From: Fibrobacteria bacterium
GTDB lineage: Bacteria > Fibrobacterota > Fibrobacteria > UBA11236 > JADFYW01
Length of the DNA stretch: 64,000 bases
Assembly (NCBI GenBank): GCA_050294405.1
Contig: JBNKOC010000012.1
Location: forward strand, 544,001 to 608,000
Direction of reading: 5' to 3'
This document shows positions 49,534-58,763 of the stretch, piece by piece. Every line of letters starts with the position of its first letter. Within the stretch, counting starts at the first letter, position 1. A program made the translations under genes and the position numbers. The notes below the pieces were generated by a model. The model was not told the DNA's origin. It worked only from the letters and a program-made list of their open reading frames with translations, and did not search any database.

Positions 49534-52500
49534 ATGCAAGGCTTGTATAAACATTGCAACAGACTTTTCAGCCTATGGATTATCCTGGGCTGTGGTTTAA
49601 TGGCCTTGCCTGCGTTTGCCAAATACAAACAATTTATTCTTGGAGATGATTCTCATTTAAACTCGGCAAACTCCGGGGTCAATTATGGTTCCACCCAATG
49701 GCTTTATGTAGGTAAAATTGGTACCGGAGCTAATGCAGATAGAGGTCCCTATAGGCCGGCCATAAAATTCCCAATTGATGATTCGCTTCCAAGCAATGCC
49801 ATTATTGACAGTGCGGATATCTATCTATACATGATAGCCCAAAATGGGGCCGCAGATAATATTGCTGTCTATGTGATTCTTCAAAGTTGGTTGGAAGGAA
49901 GTGCGGACGGAACAGCTCAGGACGGATCTGTAACATGGAATTCCAGGCAACACAATGTAAGTACCTGGAATTCAGGAGGGGCTAGCACTACAGGAACAGA
50001 CCGAAATGCCGCAGCAGAAGCTAGCGTTTCTGTAGGCACCATCAATAGTTGGTATACATGGAGAGTGACTTCTGCGGTGCAGGATTGGGTGGATGGAACC
50101 CAAGCTAATAACGGACTTTTGTTTATTGGAACAGAAAACTCCAATCTAAGAAAACAGTTTAATTCCCTTGAAAGCGGTAATGCGGAGCTTCCCTATTTTG
50201 ATGTATGGTATCGAGTGTATCCTGTGATTACCGGATTAAGCGGCGCCGCTTCTGCATCTGCAAGCCAGGACGACTCCAGCTATGTATCTGTATATTACGA
50301 GGTGGGAGATAATGATGATTCCTGGGTGGTTGTCACTATGGAATATCAGGTAGGTGGTGCGGGAGGGTGGACCGCCTTAACCAATACCACAGGAGACATA
50401 GATACTGTGGATGCTAATTCCCAAAATGCAGATAGAACAGTGTTGTGGGATGCCAAGACCCAATTAGGTTCCAGCATTGATGATACATATGCCATTCGAA
50501 TTGTGGCTTCCGATTCGGAAGGAAATGCGGACACAGTAGTAACCTCCTCTTTTTTAATTGATACGGAAGATCCAACTACTTTAGCGAACTTGGCAGTGGT
50601 TGATTCTGGCGTGGCCAGTGCGGATTTGCAGTGGACCGCTGCTGTGGAAAGCCATTTTAGCCATTACGAAATTTGGTATGGCACAGATAAGGATGCTGTG
50701 AATGACAGAAGTGTGAGCGCCTTTCGCTGGAGCACAGATGAAGACGCTACGATGTCCACTATTTCTACCACCAGTGCAACGGTGTTGTTATTGGAATATT
50801 TGACCAAATATTATTTTAAAATGTGGGCCCTGGATAGCGCTGGCAATGAATACGCTTCAAACATTGACAGTATGACCACTCTTACAACTACGGCGCCCCT
50901 TGTAACAGGCTGGGATCCTTCCTCCAAGCCTAATGTTTTGCAATATAATACAGATAGTGCGTATGTGGGCTATGAAATTTGGGATGCGGACGATTCCACT
51001 TTGCAGGTGGAATTCGAAATGCGCTGGAAAGATGAAGCTAGTTGGCGTAACTGGACGACCATGTCAGCCTATGTAAATGGCGACACTGGGTATGTCGCGG
51101 TGGATATTGTTAAGGATCAAACAATATATTGGGATGTAAGGGGACAATTTGGCTCCATAGATTCCACAGCGTTTGTGAGAATTATTGTAACGGACTCGGC
51201 AAACAATAAGGATACGGCAACATCGGTAGAGTTTATAATTGATACAGAGGCTCCGACGTTCTCACCAACTTTATCTTCCCCTTCTAAAACGGCATCCACC
51301 GTGGATTTACAGTGGTCAGCTACAGCAAGCGATACTCATTTTAATCATTATGAAATATGGTATGGAACCAGCCAGGCTAATGTTCAAAGCCGAAGCAATG
51401 CCGCGGAGTGGGATGAGGATAATGACGCTGCGCTTACCACTGCGTCCACCACCAGCACCTCCATTTACGGTCTTCTAGCTAATACCACCTATTATTTTAA
51501 AATTTGGGCTGTGGATGACTATGGGAACGAAACTACAGTTGTTGATATTAATGTAACTACGGACGCCACCGCCACCACCCAGCTAACAGATGTATCTGAC
51601 AACATGATGGAAGATGATAATCCGAATTTTAACTACGGAGGAGATGCCACCCACGGAGGAGCCACCGCAGGAAAAGTGGGCTCTGGCGGGGGCGGGTACT
51701 TGCAACGCACCCTTGTTAAAATAAATAATATTAGCGATGTTCCCGCCGGGGCAACCATAGTGTCAGCTACCTTTAATGCCTATGCGGCAACTGTGGGATC
51801 CACAAATGGCTATAATATTGGCATGTACCGGGTGCTTCGGGATTGGAACGAAGGGACCGCAACCGGAGTGGATCAGGCAAATCAAAGCAACTGGAATGAC
51901 TATGCTGACGAAAATAACTGGACTACAGCCGGGGCAAGCAGTACTGGAAATGATATAACAACTGTAATCACCAGCACCACAGTTAGTACTGTAGGTTGGT
52001 ATTCTTGGGATATAACTGCGGATTTTGCAGCCTGGCACAATGGCACTAACCCAAATTACGGGATGTTGTTTATGTCCGCTTCCGAGGGGACAAATGATTC
52101 CTATAAAAATTTTAATTCCGCAGAGGGGGCGAATGTGCCCTATGTGGATGTTACCTATGTTATGGAACCCCCTCAGGTTTCCGGACTTAGCGATACCACT
52201 CTTATTACAGCCTATCAAAACAATGCAGATACTGCTATTGTTAAATATGAATTATCCGATCCAAATGATTTAACAGCCACCGTTAGCTTGCAGTACAAAC
52301 TAAGCGGTGGAAGTTGGACCAGTACCTCCAATACATCTGGAGATATTGGTGCTGGAATTCCTGCTGACAATGAATTTGCTGACAGAACCATTTACTGGGA
52401 TGTCCGAACAAATTTGGGAATCGGAGTAGACGGAACCTATAAGTTGAGAGTCATTGCCAATGATGGAACATTGGCTGACACTACTGAAAGTAATTGGATA

Positions 52501-55206
52501 GGCCTTGACACAAAAGACCCGCTTGGGTTGGCTAATTTCGTAGTGGCGGATTCTTTTAGTTATTCCATGGATTTTAATTGGACGGCAGTTACAACAGAAG
52601 GACATTTCAGCCATTATGAAATTTGGTATGGTTCCAATAAAACAGACGTGTCGAATCGTTCCGGAACAGCTCAGGAATGGGATGGTGATAATAATAATGG
52701 AATGAACACAGCCTCTACCAATACTATGATTATTACGGGACTTAGCTCCTCCACTAAATACTATTTTAAAATTTGGGTAGTGGATTCCATGACCAACGAA
52801 GCCACCACAGGGATGGATAGCGCTACAACTTTAGACGATCCTATTCCAACAGTTACCGGGTGGTCTCAGGCAAGTGTGGTGAATGCCAGTCAAATTAATC
52901 CTGATACAGTACAAGTGGGATATCAGGTGGTGGATATTGATGACTCTCTTGCGGTATGCGGATTGCAGTACACAGCTACATCTCCAATATCCTGGGCGAA
53001 TGCGACCACAGTTACAGGTGATGTGGATACGGTGGTTACAGGCGTTTCTTATAATGATACCATATATTGGAACGCATTAACGGATTTAGGCGCTGGAATT
53101 GATGCCAGCTACTATGTTCGCGTCCATTGCGTGGACGATACCAGTTTTGCGGATACCACCCAATCCGCCAGCTTTTCCATTGATTTTGTATCTCCTGTGG
53201 GTTTAGCTTCTCTAACCGCAGGGACAACGGATGCAACAAGTTCAGGTTTGTCCTGGACATCGGTGTCTACGGAATCCCACTTTAGCCATTATGAAATATG
53301 GTATGGGACCAACCAGTCGGATGTGCAAAATAGAACAGGCACGGCCCTGGAGTGGACTGTAACAGAGGACGCTACTCTGGCCGCTCAGGCAACAGATACT
53401 ACTACTGTTACCTCTTTGGTGCCAAATTCCACTTACTATTTTAAAATTTGGGCTGTGGATTCTGCGGGAAATGAAACCACAGTAGCTGATGTTAATGTAG
53501 CAACATCGGCAACCAATGATCCGGTTGTCACAGGTCCCTCCAATGCACCAAAAATTGCCGCTACCCAATACTCCACCAGCGATGTTAGGATTCGCTACGA
53601 GGTGGATGATGCCGATGACGCCAGTGTGACGGTTTCTGCGGAATATTTTTTATATGCGGGATCGGGCTGGACTTCTTTAACAAATACATCGGGGGATATT
53701 GGCTCTGTAACAACATCTCCCACAAATCAAGACACCATAATATGGACCGCGGCCACTCAATTGGGAAGCATTGATTCGGTTTATCAAATAAGAGTGATAG
53801 CTACAGATGGAGGTGTTTTAGATACTTTGGCCAGCGATACCTTTGCCATTGATACCAAAGCCCCATCCGGTTTGGCTTCTTTTTCAGCCACAGATACAAC
53901 GGGGGTTAGTATTAGCTTGGGATGGACTGCAGCCACAGATAGAAACTTCAGCAACTATGAAATTTGGTACGGGACAAATCAAACTGATGTGCAAAACAGA
54001 ACGGGAACTGCAACAGAATGGGATGGTGCTGATGATGGGAACCTAAATTCAGCCACTACCTCGGCTACTACAATAACAAGTCTTTCCATCGGAACTTCCT
54101 ATTATTTTAAGATTTGGGCTTTGGATAACATTGGCAACGAGAGCACATTGGCCGATATTAATGTAAGTACCAAATCACAAGTGGCAGCAAATTGGAGTAA
54201 AACTTCCATTGGAGAGGTTAAGGGAGGGGCGGTAGGTTTATCCAGGTTATATGTTACTGTGGGAAGTCCCAACTTTAGGCTAATTAGCTATAATTTGTCC
54301 ACAGGTGCCCAAAGTTGGTTTTTCTCAACGGTGGCCTATGGCGCGGCCAATCGACCTAGCTACATATATTCCGGTGGGGTGTACAAAATATTGCTATCGG
54401 CTGGTAATTTTTTAATTGGGCGGCAGGATAACGTAACCTCATCTTCGGCGCTATTCACTACTATAGATTTTGGCACCACGGTGGGGGTTCCTTATGCGAG
54501 CCCGGATGATTCCACTTTTTATGTTACTTATACAAATGCCATTACCAGAAGAATGATTTCCGGGGGAAGCGTTGTGTCGGGATGGCCCCAGACGCTATCA
54601 AATGTGAGTACTAATGCCGACCCGGTGGTGGAGAATGATGCTATTTATGTGGCTACAACAAGTGGCATGGTGTATAGCTATGATGTAGATGGAACACAAG
54701 GGCCTTCTTTCAATGCTGGGGCTAATGTATCTCAACCCATGGTGGCTGGAGATGGCATACTGTACATTGCCCCCAACAGCGCTAATTTATATGCGGTGAA
54801 TGCCTCTACCATGAGTGCAGTGTGGACACCATCAGCGGTAAGCCTGGATGCTTCTAATACGGGAGCCCCCTACGTGGATAAAGATTTAGCGGCCATATAT
54901 GTGGCCGTGGGAAATAAAGTTCAAAAAATTAACAATAATGGAGCCACCGCCAGTGTGGAGTGGACTTTTGATGCGGGTGACAATATCAGCTCAAGCCCGG
55001 TGGTCAAAAATGGAGTGGTATATTTTGGTAGGGACAATGGCAGATACTATGCCATAAATGATGCGGCTACACCCACAGCTGTAACCAATTGGCCCTATGC
55101 AGATATTAGCGGTGACGCGGATATGGGACCATGGATTGATGTCACCAACAACCAGGTGATTTTTGGCACAAGCGGCCAGAACCTCGATGCCTTTAATTTG
55201 GAATAG
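49534..55206 (+). CDS. Giant secreted protein B, collinear paralogue of protein A
   Basis: Signal peptide; same domain order; five (H/N)YEIWYG repeats; VYFGRD.G.YYA and VIFGT...D.F..E terminus shared with A. Confidence 0.85.
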   Translation: MQGLYKHCNRLFSLWIILGCGLMALPAFAKYKQFILGDDSHLNSANSGVNYGSTQWLYVGKIGTGANADRGPYRPAIKFPIDDSLPSNAIIDSADIYLYMIAQNGAADNIAVYVILQSWLEGSADGTAQDGSVTWNSRQHNVSTWNSGGASTTGTDRNAAAEASVSVGTINSWYTWRVTSAVQDWVDGTQANNGLLFIGTENSNLRKQFNSLESGNAELPYFDVWYRVYPVITGLSGAASASASQDDSSYVSVYYEVGDNDDSWVVVTMEYQVGGAGGWTALTNTTGDIDTVDANSQNADRTVLWDAKTQLGSSIDDTYAIRIVASDSEGNADTVVTSSFLIDTEDPTTLANLAVVDSGVASADLQWTAAVESHFSHYEIWYGTDKDAVNDRSVSAFRWSTDEDATMSTISTTSATVLLLEYLTKYYFKMWALDSAGNEYASNIDSMTTLTTTAPLVTGWDPSSKPNVLQYNTDSAYVGYEIWDADDSTLQVEFEMRWKDEASWRNWTTMSAYVNGDTGYVAVDIVKDQTIYWDVRGQFGSIDSTAFVRIIVTDSANNKDTATSVEFIIDTEAPTFSPTLSSPSKTASTVDLQWSATASDTHFNHYEIWYGTSQANVQSRSNAAEWDEDNDAALTTASTTSTSIYGLLANTTYYFKIWAVDDYGNETTVVDINVTTDATATTQLTDVSDNMMEDDNPNFNYGGDATHGGATAGKVGSGGGGYLQRTLVKINNISDVPAGATIVSATFNAYAATVGSTNGYNIGMYRVLRDWNEGTATGVDQANQSNWNDYADENNWTTAGASSTGNDITTVITSTTVSTVGWYSWDITADFAAWHNGTNPNYGMLFMSASEGTNDSYKNFNSAEGANVPYVDVTYVMEPPQVSGLSDTTLITAYQNNADTAIVKYELSDPNDLTATVSLQYKLSGGSWTSTSNTSGDIGAGIPADNEFADRTIYWDVRTNLGIGVDGTYKLRVIANDGTLADTTESNWIGLDTKDPLGLANFVVADSFSYSMDFNWTAVTTEGHFSHYEIWYGSNKTDVSNRSGTAQEWDGDNNNGMNTASTNTMIITGLSSSTKYYFKIWVVDSMTNEATTGMDSATTLDDPIPTVTGWSQASVVNASQINPDTVQVGYQVVDIDDSLAVCGLQYTATSPISWANATTVTGDVDTVVTGVSYNDTIYWNALTDLGAGIDASYYVRVHCVDDTSFADTTQSASFSIDFVSPVGLASLTAGTTDATSSGLSWTSVSTESHFSHYEIWYGTNQSDVQNRTGTALEWTVTEDATLAAQATDTTTVTSLVPNSTYYFKIWAVDSAGNETTVADVNVATSATNDPVVTGPSNAPKIAATQYSTSDVRIRYEVDDADDASVTVSAEYFLYAGSGWTSLTNTSGDIGSVTTSPTNQDTIIWTAATQLGSIDSVYQIRVIATDGGVLDTLASDTFAIDTKAPSGLASFSATDTTGVSISLGWTAATDRNFSNYEIWYGTNQTDVQNRTGTATEWDGADDGNLNSATTSATTITSLSIGTSYYFKIWALDNIGNESTLADINVSTKSQVAANWSKTSIGEVKGGAVGLSRLYVTVGSPNFRLISYNLSTGAQSWFFSTVAYGAANRPSYIYSGGVYKILLSAGNFLIGRQDNVTSSSALFTTIDFGTTVGVPYASPDDSTFYVTYTNAITRRMISGGSVVSGWPQTLSNVSTNADPVVENDAIYVATTSGMVYSYDVDGTQGPSFNAGANVSQPMVAGDGILYIAPNSANLYAVNASTMSAVWTPSAVSLDASNTGAPYVDKDLAAIYVAVGNKVQKINNNGATASVEWTFDAGDNISSSPVVKNGVVYFGRDNGRYYAINDAATPTAVTNWPYADISGDADMGPWIDVTNNQVIFGTSGQNLDAFNLE

Positions 55207-55407
55207 TCTTATCTCTAAAAATATTTGTAAATCCAGTTTTATGGGTTTTAAAAAAATTGGCCTTGAATACTAAAAGAGCCATTTATTAGCAATTTTCCGC
55301 TAAAAATTCTCATTAGGGGAAGAGTTCTTTATCCCTGCTTTGCTATTTTGTAAAAAATAAGCAAATTTTACTTTTAATCAGAAAATGGAAAAAGGCAGTA
55401 GGTTATA

Positions 55408-56604
55408 ATGAGCCCAGAAGAGCAGCTAGAGATTTTAAAACGCGGTGTGGTGGAAATCGTATCCGAAGAAGAACTTTTAAATAAACTTAAAAAAAATAAG
55501 CCCCTTAACATAAAACTGGGTGTGGACCCAACTGCCCCAGATGTACATTTGGGGTTTACAGTTGTCATGCGCAAGCTGCGGGCTTTTCAGGATTTGGGGC
55601 ATCAGGTTATTTTGATTGTGGGGGATTATACCGCCACTGTTGGAGACCCTTCTGGTAAAAACAAAACCCGTCCCATGTTAACCCATCAGGAAGTTTTAGA
55701 TCATGCCAAAACCTATCAGGAACAATTTTTTAAAATTGTGGATAGAGCTAAAACCAAGGTGGTTTATAATGGGGAGTGGTTTGGTAAACTGAGTTTTGCA
55801 GAAACCACTAAATTAATGTCCCAAATTACTGTGGCCCAAATGCTGGAGCGAGAGGATTTCCAAAACAGGTATAAGGGAGGTCAACCCATAAGCCTCCATG
55901 AATTTTTGTATCCCATGATGCAGGGTTACGATTCTGTGATGATTGAAGCCGATGTGGAACTGGGCGGCACTGACCAAAAATTTAATGTGCTTCGCGGACG
56001 TGAGCTCCAAAAAAATGCAGGCCAAGAGGCGCAAGTAGGTTTGTTTATGCCAATTCTTTTAGGCACCGATGGCCAGGAAAAAATGAGTAAAAGCCTGGGG
56101 AATTATATAGGTATCAACGAGCCTGCACAAACCATGTATCACAAGCTTTACAATTTGCCAGATTCGCTGGTCACCGAGTATTTCACTCTTCTAACCGATG
56201 TATCTATTGCAGAAATAAACGATTATAAAACAGGATTGGAAAATGGAAGTCTAAATCCCATAGAGCTAAAAACAAAACTAGCATTAAATATTGTTTCGCA
56301 ATATCACGGAGAAAAGGCAGCGCAAGAAGCTGCCGAAGCAGAAAAGAAAATTCACAGCGGTGAAATTTTGCCCGATGATATTCCGGTACTAAAAATTGCC
56401 TCTGGAGAGCACTGGATACCTGCTCTAATGACGGAAGGGAAACTGTTCAGCTCAAATGGAGAAGGGCGTCGCATGATTCAAAACGGAGGCGTGGTTGTGG
56501 ATGGGGAGAAAATATCAGATCCCAAAGCACAACTCAGGGTTAGTTCTGAGCATGTTATTAAAGTTGGAAAGAGAAAATTTTTAAAAGTAGTGGCCAGCAA
56601 TTAA
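55408..56604 (+). CDS. tyrS: Tyrosine--tRNA ligase
   Basis: [31 protein letters not shown]4 tail. Confidence 0.97.
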   Translation: MSPEEQLEILKRGVVEIVSEEELLNKLKKNKPLNIKLGVDPTAPDVHLGFTVVMRKLRAFQDLGHQVILIVGDYTATVGDPSGKNKTRPMLTHQEVLDHAKTYQEQFFKIVDRAKTKVVYNGEWFGKLSFAETTKLMSQITVAQMLEREDFQNRYKGGQPISLHEFLYPMMQGYDSVMIEADVELGGTDQKFNVLRGRELQKNAGQEAQVGLFMPILLGTDGQEKMSKSLGNYIGINEPAQTMYHKLYNLPDSLVTEYFTLLTDVSIAEINDYKTGLENGSLNPIELKTKLALNIVSQYHGEKAAQEAAEAEKKIHSGEILPDDIPVLKIASGEHWIPALMTEGKLFSSNGEGRRMIQNGGVVVDGEKISDPKAQLRVSSEHVIKVGKRKFLKVVASN

Positions 56605-56612
56605 CCCTAAAT

Positions 56613-57053
56613 ATGACCACTGGCGCTAAAAAATCGGATATGAATTGGACTATATTGTTTATTTGCTGGCTTTTCGCCAGCGTCTCTGTAGCAGGCTCTG
56701 TTTTTTTTAGCGAAGTCCTAAAATTTCCGCCCTGTAAACTATGTTGGTATCAAAGGATTTGCTTATTTCCTCTGGTGCCTATTTTGTTAGCGGCTTTATT
56801 TCCATTTAACAAAAGCGTAGTTAAATTTTCTTTGCCGTTGGCCATAATAGGGTGGCTTATCGCTGTGTATCATAATTTGCTATACATTGGCATTATTCCC
56901 AAATCCTTACAGCCCTGCGGTAAAGATTTATCTTGTACGGATGTTCAATTAAATGTTTTTGGTTTTATTACCATACCTTTACTTTCGCTACTTGCTTTCA
57001 GCCTGATTGTAGGGCTTTTGGTTTGGCTTCAAAGGAGACTTAAAAATGAATAA
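56613..57053 (+). CDS. DsbB/BdbC-type disulfide oxidoreductase
   Basis: PCKLCWYQR, second Cys pair PC....C, TM helices. Confidence 0.9.
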   Translation: MTTGAKKSDMNWTILFICWLFASVSVAGSVFFSEVLKFPPCKLCWYQRICLFPLVPILLAALFPFNKSVVKFSLPLAIIGWLIAVYHNLLYIGIIPKSLQPCGKDLSCTDVQLNVFGFITIPLLSLLAFSLIVGLLVWLQRRLKNE

Positions 57054-57699
57054 GTTGATAATTGTGGTGGGTTCAATTCTGGTTATTGTACTTGCTTTTT
57101 TAATAGGGGGTTTTTTCTATAAAAAAAGTGTGGTGGAAAGCGTTTCCAATTTAGGGGAGGCGAATGCAGCTCCTTTTGTAAGGGAATATTCTCAAACCTT
57201 AGGAGATCCTAATGCCAAAGTAATTTTAGTGGAGTTTTTTGATCCTGCCTGCGAAACCTGTGCGGCCTTTTATCCCTTTGTAAAAAAAATGATGTCTCAG
57301 AATCCAGGCAAAATCAGGCTTGTTGTTCGCTATGCCCCTTTTCATAAAGGAGCTGATTATTTCGTTAAGATTCTGGAAGCAGCCCGCAAACAAAATTTGT
57401 ATTGGGAAACATTGGAGACCATGTATAAAACCCAGCAGTTCTGGGCTAGTCACCACAATCCAAGGCCAGAATTGATTTGGCAATTCCTTCAGGCCACCAA
57501 ATTAGATTTGGACCAGATTAAAACAGATATGGAGGATCCGGGTATCGCAAAAATTCTGGAGACGGACCTTGGAGATGCGGACTCCCTTAATGTTACTAAA
57601 ACTCCGGGATTTTTTGTAAATGGGAAACCCCTTGTTGAATTTGGTTACGGAAATTTGCGAAATCTAATAGAATCAGAAGTCGCAGCCCAATACCCCTAA
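57046..57699 (+). CDS. DsbA/BdbD-type thiol:disulfide oxidoreductase
   Basis: N-terminal anchor, DPACETC, TKTPGFFVNG. Confidence 0.9.
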   Translation: MNKLIIVVGSILVIVLAFLIGGFFYKKSVVESVSNLGEANAAPFVREYSQTLGDPNAKVILVEFFDPACETCAAFYPFVKKMMSQNPGKIRLVVRYAPFHKGADYFVKILEAARKQNLYWETLETMYKTQQFWASHHNPRPELIWQFLQATKLDLDQIKTDMEDPGIAKILETDLGDADSLNVTKTPGFFVNGKPLVEFGYGNLRNLIESEVAAQYP

Positions 57700-57708
57700 G
57701 GGGAAATA

Positions 57709-58749
57709 TTAATTCCCAAGTATTTGAATAGTTCCGCTTTCAACTGATTTGTTGGAAAGGGCAACCTTGTATACATATTTTCCTGGTGCGGGCTTTGGGG
57801 TTAGTTTCAAGATACCATAGTTATCTGTTTCACCGGAGAAAATATTTTTACCCTGGGTATCATAAAGACGAACTAAAGTATTAGCCATTCCCAAATACCA
57901 ATTCATTTCTGCCTTGGATTTAAAAATTAATTTTTTAGAGAGTTGGGAAGGGTTGCGCTTTTGAATACTGGTACTGGTATCCTCGGGCACCGTATCTGTT
58001 TCTAAAGGGTGTAGCCAACGCATGGCCTGGATGAGTTGTTTTTGAAATTCCGGAGTGCTTATAGAACCCAAATCGTGCCCACCAGCTGTATAATAAATTC
58101 GCCCTTCCCCCTGTGTTCTAACCCAGGTCCAGGGCACCAAGAGGGTTTCTTCCAGAGCCCACATCAATGTATCTAAATCGTCTTTTAAAAAATCATGTAA
58201 CCTTCCCTCGTCATCAAAGGGATAGGGCTCAAGGCCTTCTACAGCGGGGTGCTCCGATTCAATAGGCTGGACATCCGCTAGGCCAGGTCCGTGTTCGGTC
58301 CAGGTGGCTCCAATTAGATTAATATAGCCCTCATTTTGAATCCAGGCACTGGAAGCTGCATGTATGGCAAGAAAGGCGTTTCCAGCTTCAACCCATTCCA
58401 CTAAATCATCATCTTGCTGCTGAGTTAAATTGGGAAGGCCAGCCTGGGCTCCTTTGAGTCCGGTCCAAACCATAAGGATGTCGTAATTATCTAAAGTATC
58501 TTTCACAAAAACTTCATTAATATCCTCTCTATAAGTGACAGAAAAGCCGGAATCTGTAAGTACAGGAACAAACTCATCCCGTTGAGCCGAAACATTGTGG
58601 CTGGAGTTGTCCCCTCCCATCCAAAGGATTTTTACAGACGCTGAATTTTCCTGGGAAAGAATAGGAACAACCAACAAGGCGCTAAACAAAAAAAGAAATG
58701 TTTTTATAAACATAATATGGAAATTATTTAAGCTTTTAAAATAGGACAT
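57709..58749 (-). CDS. Secreted ThuA-like domain protein with C-terminal sorting-type domain
   Basis: Signal peptide, IHAAS, DE, W.R..GEGRIYYTAGGHD, tail YDTQGK...PGKY. Confidence 0.8.
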   Translation of the reverse strand: MSYFKSLNNFHIMFIKTFLFLFSALLVVPILSQENSASVKILWMGGDNSSHNVSAQRDEFVPVLTDSGFSVTYREDINEVFVKDTLDNYDILMVWTGLKGAQAGLPNLTQQQDDDLVEWVEAGNAFLAIHAASSAWIQNEGYINLIGATWTEHGPGLADVQPIESEHPAVEGLEPYPFDDEGRLHDFLKDDLDTLMWALEETLLVPWTWVRTQGEGRIYYTAGGHDLGSISTPEFQKQLIQAMRWLHPLETDTVPEDTSTSIQKRNPSQLSKKLIFKSKAEMNWYLGMANTLVRLYDTQGKNIFSGETDNYGILKLTPKPAPGKYVYKVALSNKSVESGTIQILGN

Positions 58750-58763
58750 TGCAAGAAACTCCC

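Noticed and set aside
55207..55407. Second precursor or T-box leader between giant protein B and tyrS
   Set aside because: Only a 10-codon plus-strand ATG ORF without Cys or YxxP; no T-box consensus recognised.
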